Shown: piece after piece, positions 9,871 to 20,218 of the stretch
Numbering within the stretch: the stretch's first letter is position 1
How the letters are laid out: every line of letters starts with the position of its first letter
DNA from: an uncultured Gemmatimonadales bacterium
GTDB taxonomy: Bacteria > Gemmatimonadota > Gemmatimonadetes > Longimicrobiales > RSA9
Direction of reading: 5' to 3'
Length of the DNA stretch: 64,000 nucleotides
NCBI GenBank assembly: GCA_963798085.1
Contig: CAWCRS010000005.1
Location: 768,001 to 832,000 of the forward strand
Program-made: the position numbers and the translations under genes
The notes under the pieces: generated by a model
Told to the model about the DNA's origin: nothing
What the model saw: only the letters and a program-made list of their open reading frames with translations
The model's database searches: none

Positions 9871-11634
9871 TCATTTGCCGGGTTCCTGCTTCGGGGTCTG
9901 CGGCTTCGCGGCTTCCTGCTGGCGCAGCGCTTCGTCACTCCAGAACCCGGCGCCGCAGGGCACGATCGAGGCCTTCGACGGATCCACGCGCACGTCGGGC
10001 ACGGTGTCCGCGCCCGGCAGCACGCCCAGCACCAGCGTGCCATCGCGGGGCGAGCGATACATGCCGCAATACGCGGCAATGCGATTCACCATGGCCGGAA
10101 TCAGGTACGACTGCGACAGCGCATCGAGATGATCCACCACAATGTAGCGCGCCTTCGCATCCTGTGCGGCGATCACCAGGGAGTCCGGCTCCGAGGACAT
10201 CGGGTAGTAGCGACCGGCGTGACCGGAGATCACGTACATCAGCGTCGGTTTGCGGCTGAGCACGGCCGCGCCCGGCGGCAGTGCCGTACGCGCCCACTCG
10301 GCGACATCGAACCAGTCTCGCCATGCGGGCGGCTGGCAGGGATACCGATTGCCAGCGCGGTATTCCATCATGCACTGGCCGCTGATGGCTACCGAGCGTG
10401 TCTCCTGCGGCACCATGGCCACGAGCACAAGGGCGGTCGCGGCGGTCGCGACATGGAACGCGAGCTGCGGCCGCACCCGCTGCGCCAGGCGACCCAGCCG
10501 CGCCAGCCCATCCCCCGCGTAGTACAGGACCAGCGGCAGCGCGGGCAGCAGAAACCGCTCGCCGGACCATACGGCCGGCCAGACCAGCAGCAGTCCGATG
10601 TAGAGAGGCAGGAACAGCTCCGCCATGGTGAGCCGCCGCAGGCGCAGGCGCCGGGTCCAGCCATAGACGCCCAGCACGGTGGTGAGGGCGGACAGCAGCA
10701 CCGCAAATACGTTGTTAGAGCCGGTCAGCAGAATGGGCAGATGGATGGTGATGTACTTGCTGGCGTTCTCCAGGACGCGGTCGAACAGGTCGATCGCGCC
10801 AATGCGCCCCAGCTGCGGCTGGTAGGGGTTGACGAACCAGAACTGGTTCACGTAGGCGACGCCGCCCTGGGCCCGTGCCCGCAGGTACCAGAGCGCCACC
10901 AGCGGCAGCAGCACGGCGGCCAGCACCAGCAGCTGGCGCCAGCGCCGGCGCAGCCCCAGCCAGGCAAGAGCGGCGAGCACCAGCGGCAGACCCGCGGAGC
11001 GCGTGAAATAGGCCAGTACCGTGGCCAGCACAGCGACCGCGAAGCGCGCGCGCAGCTCCGGCCCCATGCGTTCGAAGGCCCAGAGGGCGAGCGCGGTGAA
11101 GCACCAGAAGGGCACGTCGGACAGAATCCAGTGCGCCTGTTCCAGAACGCCCGGGCTGGCGGCGAGAATGACGGCAACGCCCAGCGCCAGGGCCGGCCGG
11201 CGGCGGCGCTCCACCCAGAGAAACGAAAAACCCACTGCCACGGCCAATGCCAGCGCGATGACCACCTTGAGTCCCACCCACGGTCGCACCCCGACCAGCA
11301 TGGCGAGAGCGAGAATGCCGGGGAACACGGGCGGATACTGCGTGTGCGGCGGTGCCGCCGGATCGAACAGGCTGAGGTATGCGTGGCGCTGCAGCAGCGA
11401 GCGGCCCAGCGTGATGTAGGCCGCGTTGTCGCCGCCCGTGTGCGGCTGCGGCAGGAACGTGAGCAGGGCCAGCAGCAGATGCGCCGCCGCCAGGAAGCCG
11501 GCCATGGCTAACGCATTGTTGCTGTTGAAACGGTTGAAGCGCCGGGCCAGGGTCGGCGGCGGCGCGCGGTGCCGGCCGTGGGCCGCGCGCGCGATGCGCC
11601 TCGCCTCCTGACGGCTGCGCGCCGAACGGCTCAT
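9871..11634 (-). CDS. Polytopic membrane protein, GT-C fold (ArnT/PMT/GT39-like glycosyltransferase)
   Basis: GGDNAAYITLGRSL, QYPPVFP, ILSDVPF, YFTRSAG, ERFLLP; many transmembrane segments plus a C-terminal soluble domain. Confidence 0.72.
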   Translation of the reverse strand: MSRSARSRQEARRIARAAHGRHRAPPPTLARRFNRFNSNNALAMAGFLAAAHLLLALLTFLPQPHTGGDNAAYITLGRSLLQRHAYLSLFDPAAPPHTQYPPVFPGILALAMLVGVRPWVGLKVVIALALAVAVGFSFLWVERRRRPALALGVAVILAASPGVLEQAHWILSDVPFWCFTALALWAFERMGPELRARFAVAVLATVLAYFTRSAGLPLVLAALAWLGLRRRWRQLLVLAAVLLPLVALWYLRARAQGGVAYVNQFWFVNPYQPQLGRIGAIDLFDRVLENASKYITIHLPILLTGSNNVFAVLLSALTTVLGVYGWTRRLRLRRLTMAELFLPLYIGLLLVWPAVWSGERFLLPALPLVLYYAGDGLARLGRLAQRVRPQLAFHVATAATALVLVAMVPQETRSVAISGQCMMEYRAGNRYPCQPPAWRDWFDVAEWARTALPPGAAVLSRKPTLMYVISGHAGRYYPMSSEPDSLVIAAQDAKARYIVVDHLDALSQSYLIPAMVNRIAAYCGMYRSPRDGTLVLGVLPGADTVPDVRVDPSKASIVPCGAGFWSDEALRQQEAAKPQTPKQEPGK

Positions 11635-13079
11635 GCGGCAGTTAGCGGTGTGGTCTCACGCGCCAGCCAGCGCGCGGCCGCCTGCTGCATCACGCCTTCC
11701 CCACCCCACGCGGTCACCAGATTGCGCGCGTGGATGTCGGCCGCCAGCCGCGGATGGCCGAACAGTACGACCACCGCATCGGGCCGGCGCTGCAGCAGTG
11801 CATCCAGTTGTCCGCGCGCACGCGCCGTCAGCCCGGGTCGTCCCTTCCATGCGCGAATGTCCGCGAACACCGCGATGATGGCGTCGCTCGGGCCATCCGT
11901 GCTCTCCACCAGACGCGGGTCGAAGCCGGCCGCGCGCAGCGCCGCCGGAAAATCGCTGCGGGGTGGCGGCGCGTACGGCCCGCCCAGATCGTCATCGATG
12001 ACGAGCAGATCGAACTCGCGCGCTGTGGTCACTTCGCCGCGCTCGATGCGAATGGTGCGCTCCGCGAGCCCCGTCGCCCACGCCAGATCCGCCGCCTTGC
12101 CCCAGCCGGGCATGCGTTCGCTGCGCGCGCCCGCCGCCACGGCTGCGAGCCGGCCCAGCGCGCGCGCCACACGGGAGCGCGGCAGCGACTGCTCCATTGC
12201 CTGTTCCACCGCGGCCAGCACGGCCTCGGCATCCGCGGGATAGAGCAGCGCGTCGCAGCCCGCACGCAGCGCCGCGACCGCAGCCTCGCCTTCACTGCCG
12301 TGCTGCAGCACACCCCGCATGATCAGCGCATCCGTGACGACGAGTCCTTCGTAGCGCATATCGCGCCGCAGCAGCCTGTCGATGATGGTGGGCGAGAGCG
12401 TGGCCGGTGCGCCACTGTCGTCGAGTGCGGGATAGGCGACGTGCGCCGTCATGATCGAGTCCACACCCGCGATCGCGGCGGCGCGGAAAGGCGTGAGATC
12501 CGTCTCCAGCGTGGCGCGGTCCGCGTGCACGGTGGGAAGCGCCGCGTGCGAGTCCTCGACCGTGCGGCCGTGTCCCGGGAAGTGCTTGGCGCAGCACAGC
12601 GCGCCTTCATCGCGGCAGCCATCGATCCACGCGGTCACCTGCGCCGCCACGCGCACGGGATCCGCGCCGAATGAGCGCGTGCCTACGATGGGATTGTCCG
12701 GCTCAATGTCGAGATCGGCGACCGGCGCGAAGATCCAGTTCACGCCCAGCGAGAGCGCCTCACGCGCCGTCAGCGCCGCGGCCTGGCGGGTCACGCTCAG
12801 ATCATCGAGAGAGCCAATGGCGGCGAGTGGCGGCAGCTGCGTCGCGCCCCGGAACTGCTGGCCCGCGCCCCGCTCGAGGTCCGCGGCAATGAGCAGCGGC
12901 GCCGCGCTGCGCTCGCGCAGCTGCGCGGTCAGCTCGCGCACAGCGCCGGCATCGCCGCCGAAAATGATGAAGCCGCCCACACCCAGGGCCAGTGCACTCT
13001 CCAGCGCGGCGGCTTCATGGTCGAATCCGCTTTCCGGCTTCCAGCGCAGGGCCGGGAAGAGCAGCCGCGCAATCTGCAT
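11631..13079 (-). CDS. nagZ: GH3 beta-N-acetylhexosaminidase (NagZ-like)
   Basis: IAADLERG, RSFG, KHFPGHG..DSH, IMTAH, VVTDALIM; no signal peptide; sits in the murQ/anmK operon. Confidence 0.85.
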   Translation of the reverse strand: MQIARLLFPALRWKPESGFDHEAAALESALALGVGGFIIFGGDAGAVRELTAQLRERSAAPLLIAADLERGAGQQFRGATQLPPLAAIGSLDDLSVTRQAAALTAREALSLGVNWIFAPVADLDIEPDNPIVGTRSFGADPVRVAAQVTAWIDGCRDEGALCCAKHFPGHGRTVEDSHAALPTVHADRATLETDLTPFRAAAIAGVDSIMTAHVAYPALDDSGAPATLSPTIIDRLLRRDMRYEGLVVTDALIMRGVLQHGSEGEAAVAALRAGCDALLYPADAEAVLAAVEQAMEQSLPRSRVARALGRLAAVAAGARSERMPGWGKAADLAWATGLAERTIRIERGEVTTAREFDLLVIDDDLGGPYAPPPRSDFPAALRAAGFDPRLVESTDGPSDAIIAVFADIRAWKGRPGLTARARGQLDALLQRRPDAVVVLFGHPRLAADIHARNLVTAWGGEGVMQQAAARWLARETTPLTAA

Positions 13080-14331
13080 CAGCGTGCCGGCGTGGGGGCG
13101 GCGAAGGGGTCGGGCAGCGCCACGGCGGAGATGCCGTCGCCCGATAACTCGAAGTTACCTTCCAGCTCGCGCACGCGCATCCAGCGCACGGGCAATGCCC
13201 CGCCGGCCACCTCGAATTTCGCGATGGCGCTGAACGGGCCCAGTGCCTGCGGCTCCGCGCCGCCGCAGGCGAGAAGGGCGCCCGCATCAGCTGATAGCGG
13301 ATCAGCGTACCCGCGCGCGTGGTGGCGCCCGACGCCTTCAATTCGCGTGCGAACACGAAGTCCTCCGTGAACGGCAGCGGCCGCGGCGCCACGCCTTCGC
13401 CCAGCATGCGTTCGCTGCCCGACGCCACCTCCCGCACCACGATGCGGCGGCGCTTCTCATAGACCAGCCAGCGGCCATCACTGGAGAAGAAGGCGGGCAC
13501 CACATTGTGCGCCACTTCGATGGAATCGCCCAGTGTCACCGGCGAGCCACCGGCCGGGGTCAGCTGCAGCACACCGCTCGACAGTCCCCATTCCGGCCAG
13601 CGCTGCAGCGGGCGATAGCGCAGGCGGTGCCCGGCCGGGCCGGTGCGCTCGAGCAGGCCGCCGGAATCCGCTACGAGCGGGGCGCCGCGCTCTTCCGCCA
13701 CCGCGATCAGCTCGCTCGCCACGCGCGCCAGCTCGATGGGCGGACCCCGCTTGACGTAGGCGCGCAGCAGATCAGGATCGCGGTCCGTCATCGATTCCAG
13801 CGCTTTCGCCTGTACCGCGGCGGACGGATCGCGCAGTGCCTTGTCCAGCAGCTTCAGCACGGCCGCTTCCTGCACCGGCAGGTACTCGCGCGCCGCGGTC
13901 ACTGCCGCCACCCGGATGCGCTCGTCGTGCGCCGCCAGCAGCGGCTCGAACACCAGGAACGAGCCAATGGCGTGACGCCGGCCCAGCAGCAATACCGCGT
14001 TAGCGCGCAGCAGCGGGTGCTGCGCGCTGTCCCCGGCAATGTCCGCCAGCGTGTCCGTGAGCTCCAGCCGGCTGCGCGCCTCGTACGCCAGCAGTGAATC
14101 GTACTGTGCGGGACCGGGCGACTGGTTCAGTATGGCGAACAGCGCCGGATCGTGATGGAAGCGGCCCGCGGCGGGCGGCGACTCGTGCACCGCGGCGGGC
14201 TGCGGAATGCTGGCCGAATCACCGCGCGAGCCGCCGCTGCCGGCGCCCGGAGAACAACCCGCCAGCGTCAGGCAGAGAATGGCAGAGGCGCACGCGCATC
14301 CGCGGGCGCCGCCGGCTCCGGAATTCAGCAT
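13079..14331 (-). CDS. Putative lipoprotein with HEAT-like repeats; frameshift near 13268
   Basis: Lipobox LTLAGC; HEAT-like DERIRVAAV and DPSAAVQAKALE. The corrected tail GGAEPQALGPF..PDPFAAPTPAR ends in a TGA overlapping the nagZ ATG. Confidence 0.7.
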
Positions 14332-14379
14332 CGAGCGGCTCTCCTGCTACGGCTCACAGTTTCCATTCCCCCACGTTGT

Positions 14380-15516
14380 CTACGCCGGTGTCAGCGAGCC
14401 CAGCACACGCGCGCCGCGCGCGCCCGTCACTTCCGGCACGCTGGCCGGCACGCCGGCGAGGTGCGCCCAGGCCAGGGCGGCGAAGGCAACCGCTTCTTTC
14501 GCGTCGGCATCAATGCCCACCGCCTGCGCCTCCAGCACCGGCAGCGGCTGCAGCTCGGCGCGCAGCATGGCGAGCAGCACGGGATTGCGCGCGCCGCCAC
14601 CGCTCACGATCACCTGCTCCGCTCCCAGCGGCAGGATCCAGCGGCGCACGGCATCGGCAATGGTGACAGCGGTGAACGCAGTCAGCGTGGCGATCAGGTC
14701 GCACCATGCCGCATCGCCGGCAGGTGTTACCCTCGCCACCAGCGATTGGACCCGCGGCCGGCCGAAGCGCTCGCGCCCGGTCGAGCGCGGCGGCGCCTCC
14801 GCAAAGAAGGGATCGGCGCGCAGCTCCGCGAGCAGGCCGGCATCAATGTGACCGCGTGCGGCACGCGCACCCGCCGCGTCGAATGTGGCTTCACCCTGCG
14901 TCGCCAGCTGCACGGCCGCATCGATCAGCGCATTGCCCGGACCCGTGTCGAAGGCGAGCAACGGCTCGTTCACGTGCGCTGCCGGCACGCGCGTGAGATT
15001 CGCCATGCCGCCAATGTTGACCAGCACGCGTGGTGCATCCGCCGCGAACAGCAGGCGGTCCGCGAAGGGCACGAGCGGCGCACCCTGTCCGCCCGCTGCC
15101 ACATCACGCGAGCGGAAGTCGCTGATCACGGGGATCCCGGTTCGTTCCGCAATCGTGGCGGCGCAGCCCAGCTGCAGGGTGGCGCCTCGACGCGTGGGCG
15201 TGGGGGGCTCGTGCCAGAGCGTCTGGCCATGCGAGCCGATAGCGGCAATGTCTGCCGCGGCGACGCCGGCTGCGCGGCACAATTCGAGGGCCGCTTCGGC
15301 GAACCATTCGCCCAGGTCCGCGTGCAGCCGGCAGAGCACGGCCGCATCGCCTGCAACCATGGCGTCGTGGATGCGTTCGCGTTGCGCGTGCGTGTAGGGT
15401 GTGCTGCGAAACGCCTCGAGGCGCCACGTCGGCTGCGGCTTCATGCCGCTGAAGCGCACCAGCGCCGCGTCAATGCCGTCCAGCAATGTACCGGACATGA
15501 GGCCGATGATGAGCAT
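14380..15516 (-). CDS. anmK: Anhydro-N-acetylmuramic acid kinase
   Basis: GLMSGT(L)LDGIDAA, GSHGQT, DFRSRDVAAGGQGAPL, NIGGMAN, FDTGPGN, SGGGARN, KEAVAFA. Confidence 0.96.
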   Translation of the reverse strand: MLIIGLMSGTLLDGIDAALVRFSGMKPQPTWRLEAFRSTPYTHAQRERIHDAMVAGDAAVLCRLHADLGEWFAEAALELCRAAGVAAADIAAIGSHGQTLWHEPPTPTRRGATLQLGCAATIAERTGIPVISDFRSRDVAAGGQGAPLVPFADRLLFAADAPRVLVNIGGMANLTRVPAAHVNEPLLAFDTGPGNALIDAAVQLATQGEATFDAAGARAARGHIDAGLLAELRADPFFAEAPPRSTGRERFGRPRVQSLVARVTPAGDAAWCDLIATLTAFTAVTIADAVRRWILPLGAEQVIVSGGGARNPVLLAMLRAELQPLPVLEAQAVGIDADAKEAVAFAALAWAHLAGVPASVPEVTGARGARVLGSLTPA

Positions 15517-15519
15517 GGC

Positions 15520-16437
<918 letters not shown>

Positions 16438-16532
16438 CGTGGCGCAGCCTTGCCGCTCTCTCTCGCCCTCGGGTACATTGGCGCGCCTAAGTTATCCGGG
16501 CGAAGCGCCCGCGACTACCCTTGGAGATGTCC

Positions 16533-17168
16533 ATGCAACGCAGAACCCGCCGGGCCGCCCTTCGTCTGCAGCGCTGTTTCACCTTCGCCCTCTTCCTGCT
16601 GCTCGCTTTTGCTTCCGCGGGGCGCGCCCAGCGACCACGCTTCGGCCGCGGCCCGCTGGTCTGGGCCAGTGGCTGGGCCGGCCGCCTCTCGGGACAGGGC
16701 GGATTCTCCAACGGACCGGTCGATTTCTTCTCGCTGCGCAACGCCTTCGCGTACGGTGGCAGCCTGCATTTCGTGCCCGGCGCCGGTGTCGCACTGGGTG
16801 TGGACGCGGTGCTGTCACGCCCTGATTACACGCGCTTCGATCGCACACAGCGCATCGAGCTGAGCAGCGGTCAGGCGAAGCTGCTCGCGTTCCTCGGCTC
16901 GCTGCGACTGCAGGGCTCGCCCGGTCCGATCGGCGTGTTCCTGACGGGCGGCGTCGGCGTCGCCCGCTGGGACATTCCCGAGCTGGGCGGCACCAACACG
17001 GATCCCGCACTGCAGATCGGCGCCGGCCTCGAGTATCGATACGGGCGCCACATCGCGCTCTTCGCGCAGTACGATCAGTGGTGGATCTATCACGACAAGA
17101 CAGAAGGCGTCGCCAAGAACAAGGTGAGCCCCACACTGCTGCGCTTCGGCGCACGGCTGGGCATCTGA
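16533..17168 (+). CDS. Small outer-membrane beta-barrel protein (OmpA-like/porin family)
   Basis: Signal peptide, alternating beta-strand pattern (FLTGGVGV, IGAGLEYRY, LRFGARLGI), RBS GGAG upstream. Confidence 0.7.
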   Translation: MQRRTRRAALRLQRCFTFALFLLLAFASAGRAQRPRFGRGPLVWASGWAGRLSGQGGFSNGPVDFFSLRNAFAYGGSLHFVPGAGVALGVDAVLSRPDYTRFDRTQRIELSSGQAKLLAFLGSLRLQGSPGPIGVFLTGGVGVARWDIPELGGTNTDPALQIGAGLEYRYGRHIALFAQYDQWWIYHDKTEGVAKNKVSPTLLRFGARLGI

Positions 17169-17190
17169 ATTCAGGCGACGAAACGCGTCC

Positions 17191-18981
17191 ATGTTCTTCG
17201 TGCAGGGAACCTCCGCCGGCTGCTTCCTGCAGCCAGTTCTTGACCGCGCGTTCCGTAATACGCTGCTTGGAGCGGCCGCGCTCGTTCTGGGCGCATGCGC
17301 GCCGGGCAGCGTACCGCCCGCGGCCAGCAGCGCGGTGCCGGCCGCGTGGGCGTATCCGCTGCACCCCGACGTGGCCAGTGCAGCGTCCGCCATGGTGGCG
17401 ACGGACGCGCCGCTCGCAACAGAGGTGGGCGTCGCTGTGCTGCGCCGAGGCGGCAATGCCGTGGACGCCGCGGTGGCGGTCGCGTTCGCGCTGGCCGTGG
17501 TCTATCCCGAGGCGGGCAATCTCGGCGGCGGCGGTTTCATGGTGGCACGACTCGCGGATGGTCGCGAAGCGGCGCTCGATTTCCGCGAAGTCGCGCCACT
17601 GGCGGCCACGCGCGACATGTACCTCAATGCCGCGGGCAACACCACCGACCACTCCATCAACGGGCACCTCGCGTCCGGTGTGCCGGGCAGCGTGGCCGGT
17701 CTATGGGCTGCGCACGAAAAGCTGGGCTCGCTGCCGTGGGACTCGCTGCTCGCGCCCGCCATCCGGCTGGCCAGTGATGGCTTCGTCGTGGATCCATCGG
17801 TAGCCGAATCGGCGCGCGATGCTGCGGACCGGCTGCGTCGCTATCCCGCATCCGCCGCGCTGTTCCTGCCGGGCGGCCAGCCGCTGGCCGCGGGCCAGAC
17901 GTGGCGCAATCCCGAGCTGGCTGCGGTGCTGCGCCGCATTGCGCAGCAGGGACCTGCAGGCTTCTATCGCGGCGAAACCGCGAAGCTGATTGCCGCCGAA
18001 ATGCGCCGCGGTCACGGCCTCATCACGACCGAAGATCTGACGCGTTATCAGCCGCAGTGGCGGGCACCGCTCCGCTTCACGTATCGCGGTCACACCGTGC
18101 TGTCCATGCCGCCTTCGTCATCCGGCGGCATCACGCTGGGCATGATCGCGGGCATGCTGGACGGCTTTCCCCTGGCGCGCGACGGCTGGCACTCGACGGC
18201 TGCGCTGCACCTCACGGCCGAGGCCATGCGGCGCGCGTTCGCCGATCGCAACACCTTCCTCGGCGATCCGGCGTTCGTCAGCATTCCCGCGTGGCTCACG
18301 CAGCCGCAGTACATCGACAGCCTGCGCGCCACCATCGATCCGGCGCACGCCACGCCTTCCGCCGGCATCCGTCCCGGCCTCGACCACGTCGTCGAAGGCT
18401 CGCACACCACGCATTTCTCGATTGTCAATGCGCAGGGTGGCGCGGTCGCACTCACCACCACGCTCAACGAGCTGTATGGCGCGGGCGTGACCGTGACGGG
18501 TGCCGGCTTCCTGCTCAATGACCAGATGGATGATTTCACGTCCAAGCCCGGTGTGCCCAACATGTTCGGGCTGGTACAGGGCGAGGCCAACGCCATCCAG
18601 CCGGGCAAGCGCATGCTCTCCGCCATGACCCCCACCATTGTGCTGGCGCCTGATAGCACGGTGTTACTGGTGACGGGCGCGCGCGGCGGGCCGCGCATCA
18701 TCAGCGCCGTCTTCCAGGTGATGTCGAACGTGCTGGATTACGACATGGACATCGGCAGCGCCGTGTACGCGCCGCGCATTCACCTGCAGCACCTGCCCAA
18801 TGTCCTGTACTTCGAGAAGAACGGGCTGGATGACGCCACCATTGCCGCGCTCGAGGCGATGGGCCACAAGGTACAGGCCTTCGACTCCTACATCGGCAGC
18901 GCACCCAGCATTCTGCGCCGTGCCGGCCAGTGGACCGCTGTGGCCGATCCCCGCCAGGGCGGCCTGGCGCGCGGCTACTGA
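17191..18981 (+). CDS. ggt: Gamma-glutamyltransferase
   Basis: GGNAVDAA, GNLGGGGF, LDFRE, nucleophile HTTHFS, PGKRMLSAMTP, ADPR; lipoprotein-like signal LGAC. Exact start uncertain. Confidence 0.96.
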   Translation: MFFVQGTSAGCFLQPVLDRAFRNTLLGAAALVLGACAPGSVPPAASSAVPAAWAYPLHPDVASAASAMVATDAPLATEVGVAVLRRGGNAVDAAVAVAFALAVVYPEAGNLGGGGFMVARLADGREAALDFREVAPLAATRDMYLNAAGNTTDHSINGHLASGVPGSVAGLWAAHEKLGSLPWDSLLAPAIRLASDGFVVDPSVAESARDAADRLRRYPASAALFLPGGQPLAAGQTWRNPELAAVLRRIAQQGPAGFYRGETAKLIAAEMRRGHGLITTEDLTRYQPQWRAPLRFTYRGHTVLSMPPSSSGGITLGMIAGMLDGFPLARDGWHSTAALHLTAEAMRRAFADRNTFLGDPAFVSIPAWLTQPQYIDSLRATIDPAHATPSAGIRPGLDHVVEGSHTTHFSIVNAQGGAVALTTTLNELYGAGVTVTGAGFLLNDQMDDFTSKPGVPNMFGLVQGEANAIQPGKRMLSAMTPTIVLAPDSTVLLVTGARGGPRIISAVFQVMSNVLDYDMDIGSAVYAPRIHLQHLPNVLYFEKNGLDDATIAALEAMGHKVQAFDSYIGSAPSILRRAGQWTAVADPRQGGLARGY

Positions 18982-19057
18982 ACGCGGATCGCCGCCTGCC
19001 GGGCTGCCGTCCGGGTGTCCCGCAGCACCTAACAGCCTGCCAGGGACCGGGGCGGAT

Positions 19058-19098
19058 GCACGAAGGGCCGGACACACGCGCGTCCGGCCCTTCCGTGC
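19058..19098. terminator. Hairpin between convergent genes (probable terminator)
   Basis: GAAGGGCCGGAC (19062-19073) pairs perfectly with GTCCGGCCCTTC (19082-19093), 8-nt loop; no clear U-tract. Confidence 0.6.
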
Positions 19099-19116
19099 TG
19101 CGCCCGCTGCCGCTTC

Positions 19117-19983
19117 TCAGGTCACAACCTTGGTCAGCCGGACCGGCTGGTCCAGACGGATCATCATGGCGCTGCCACTGCGCAGCACGGCGTCCACGTC
19201 GGCGGTACCCATGGCGATGGCCGTGCCGGCCGCCGCGCCCACGATCGCACCCTTGAGCGCGCCTTTGCCGTTGCCACCCAGCACGCGCCCCAGGATCGCG
19301 CCCGCGACGGCGCCCGTCGCTACCTTGCCCACCTGCTCGCCGGTCTTCTGGCGCGTCACGCGTTCCGGATTGGCGGAGACCACGGAAGCCTCGAGCGGGT
19401 AACTGCCATCCGGCCACGAGATCTGCTCGAAGGCCAGGCTCAGCACCGCGGTTTCACCCACGTGACCCGACTTCTGCACCTGCGTTACCCGCCCGCGCAC
19501 CAGGGCGCCGGCCGGAATCACCACGTCGCCTGATGTATCGCGCACGGGCTCGGCCAGCGTGGCCGTGAAGCTGTCACCCTCGCGGTTGGTCTGGGTCGAG
19601 AGCGTCTCGTTCAATGTCAGCGACAGCGTCGTTCCTGAAGCCACCGCGGTCTCCACGTTACGCGGCGCCGGCGGCGCCGGCGGCTCGACCGAGCGCTGCG
19701 GCGGCTCCACGGGCGGCGGCGTCGGGTCAGGCACCGGGCGTGTTGCCCGCGCTGCGGGCGCCGGCGTCCGGTCGCGCTGCGGTTTCGGCGTCACCTTCGG
19801 CGGCGCGGTGGCCGTGTCCTCGAAAGTGGCCGCGTTACTGTCACTCTTGAGCGCCAGATCCAGCCCGCGAACGGCCGTATCCGGCTTCACTGCCGACCGG
19901 TCCTCGTCTCGCGCCGCACACGCGCCTGCTATCACCAGCGACGTGGCCAGCAGCACGGTCGACCACGCTTTCTGTCGGAACAT
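19117..19983 (-). CDS. Lipoprotein with Pro-rich linker, TrbI/VirB10-like beta domain and glycine-zipper hairpin
   Basis: MFRQKAW..LVIAGAC lipobox, GTTLSLTLNETLS, VVIPAGALVRG, GAVAGAILG..GAIVGAAAGT; RBS GGAGG. Confidence 0.75.
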   Translation of the reverse strand: MFRQKAWSTVLLATSLVIAGACAARDEDRSAVKPDTAVRGLDLALKSDSNAATFEDTATAPPKVTPKPQRDRTPAPAARATRPVPDPTPPPVEPPQRSVEPPAPPAPRNVETAVASGTTLSLTLNETLSTQTNREGDSFTATLAEPVRDTSGDVVIPAGALVRGRVTQVQKSGHVGETAVLSLAFEQISWPDGSYPLEASVVSANPERVTRQKTGEQVGKVATGAVAGAILGRVLGGNGKGALKGAIVGAAAGTAIAMGTADVDAVLRSGSAMMIRLDQPVRLTKVVT

Positions 19984-20077
19984 CGCGAACCTCCAACGTT
20001 CGACGGCTTGAATCGAGCTCCGCTCGGCGTGTAGACTACCCACGCGGGAGCCATCCCGGCTCCTGTGCTTGCAGGGG

Positions 20078-20092
20078 GCAATCGGTGTGCCA
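20078..20092 (-). promoter_or_regulatory. Sigma54 (-24/-12) promoter
   Basis: Minus strand reads TGGCACACCGATTGC, an exact TGGCAC-N5-TTGC match about 95 bp upstream of the ATG at 19983. Confidence 0.72.
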
Positions 20093-20218
20093 TTCGCCAG
20101 GATGTCCGGGGATTCTCGTAACATCATTAACAGCATGTTGTTGCGTCCCCGCGGCCGTGGTGCTGGCGGGACGCGCTGTCCCCTCGATCAGCTTCGGCGT
20201 GTCCACTCTCCGGCCTGA

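Noticed and set aside
8953..11511. 852-aa plus-strand ORF, and similar long ORFs at 14152-16863, 20036-21889, 32413-34548, 50440-53046 and 58380-60155
   Set aside because: Antisense shadows of well-supported genes; stop-poor frames are expected at this GC content, and they show no motifs.
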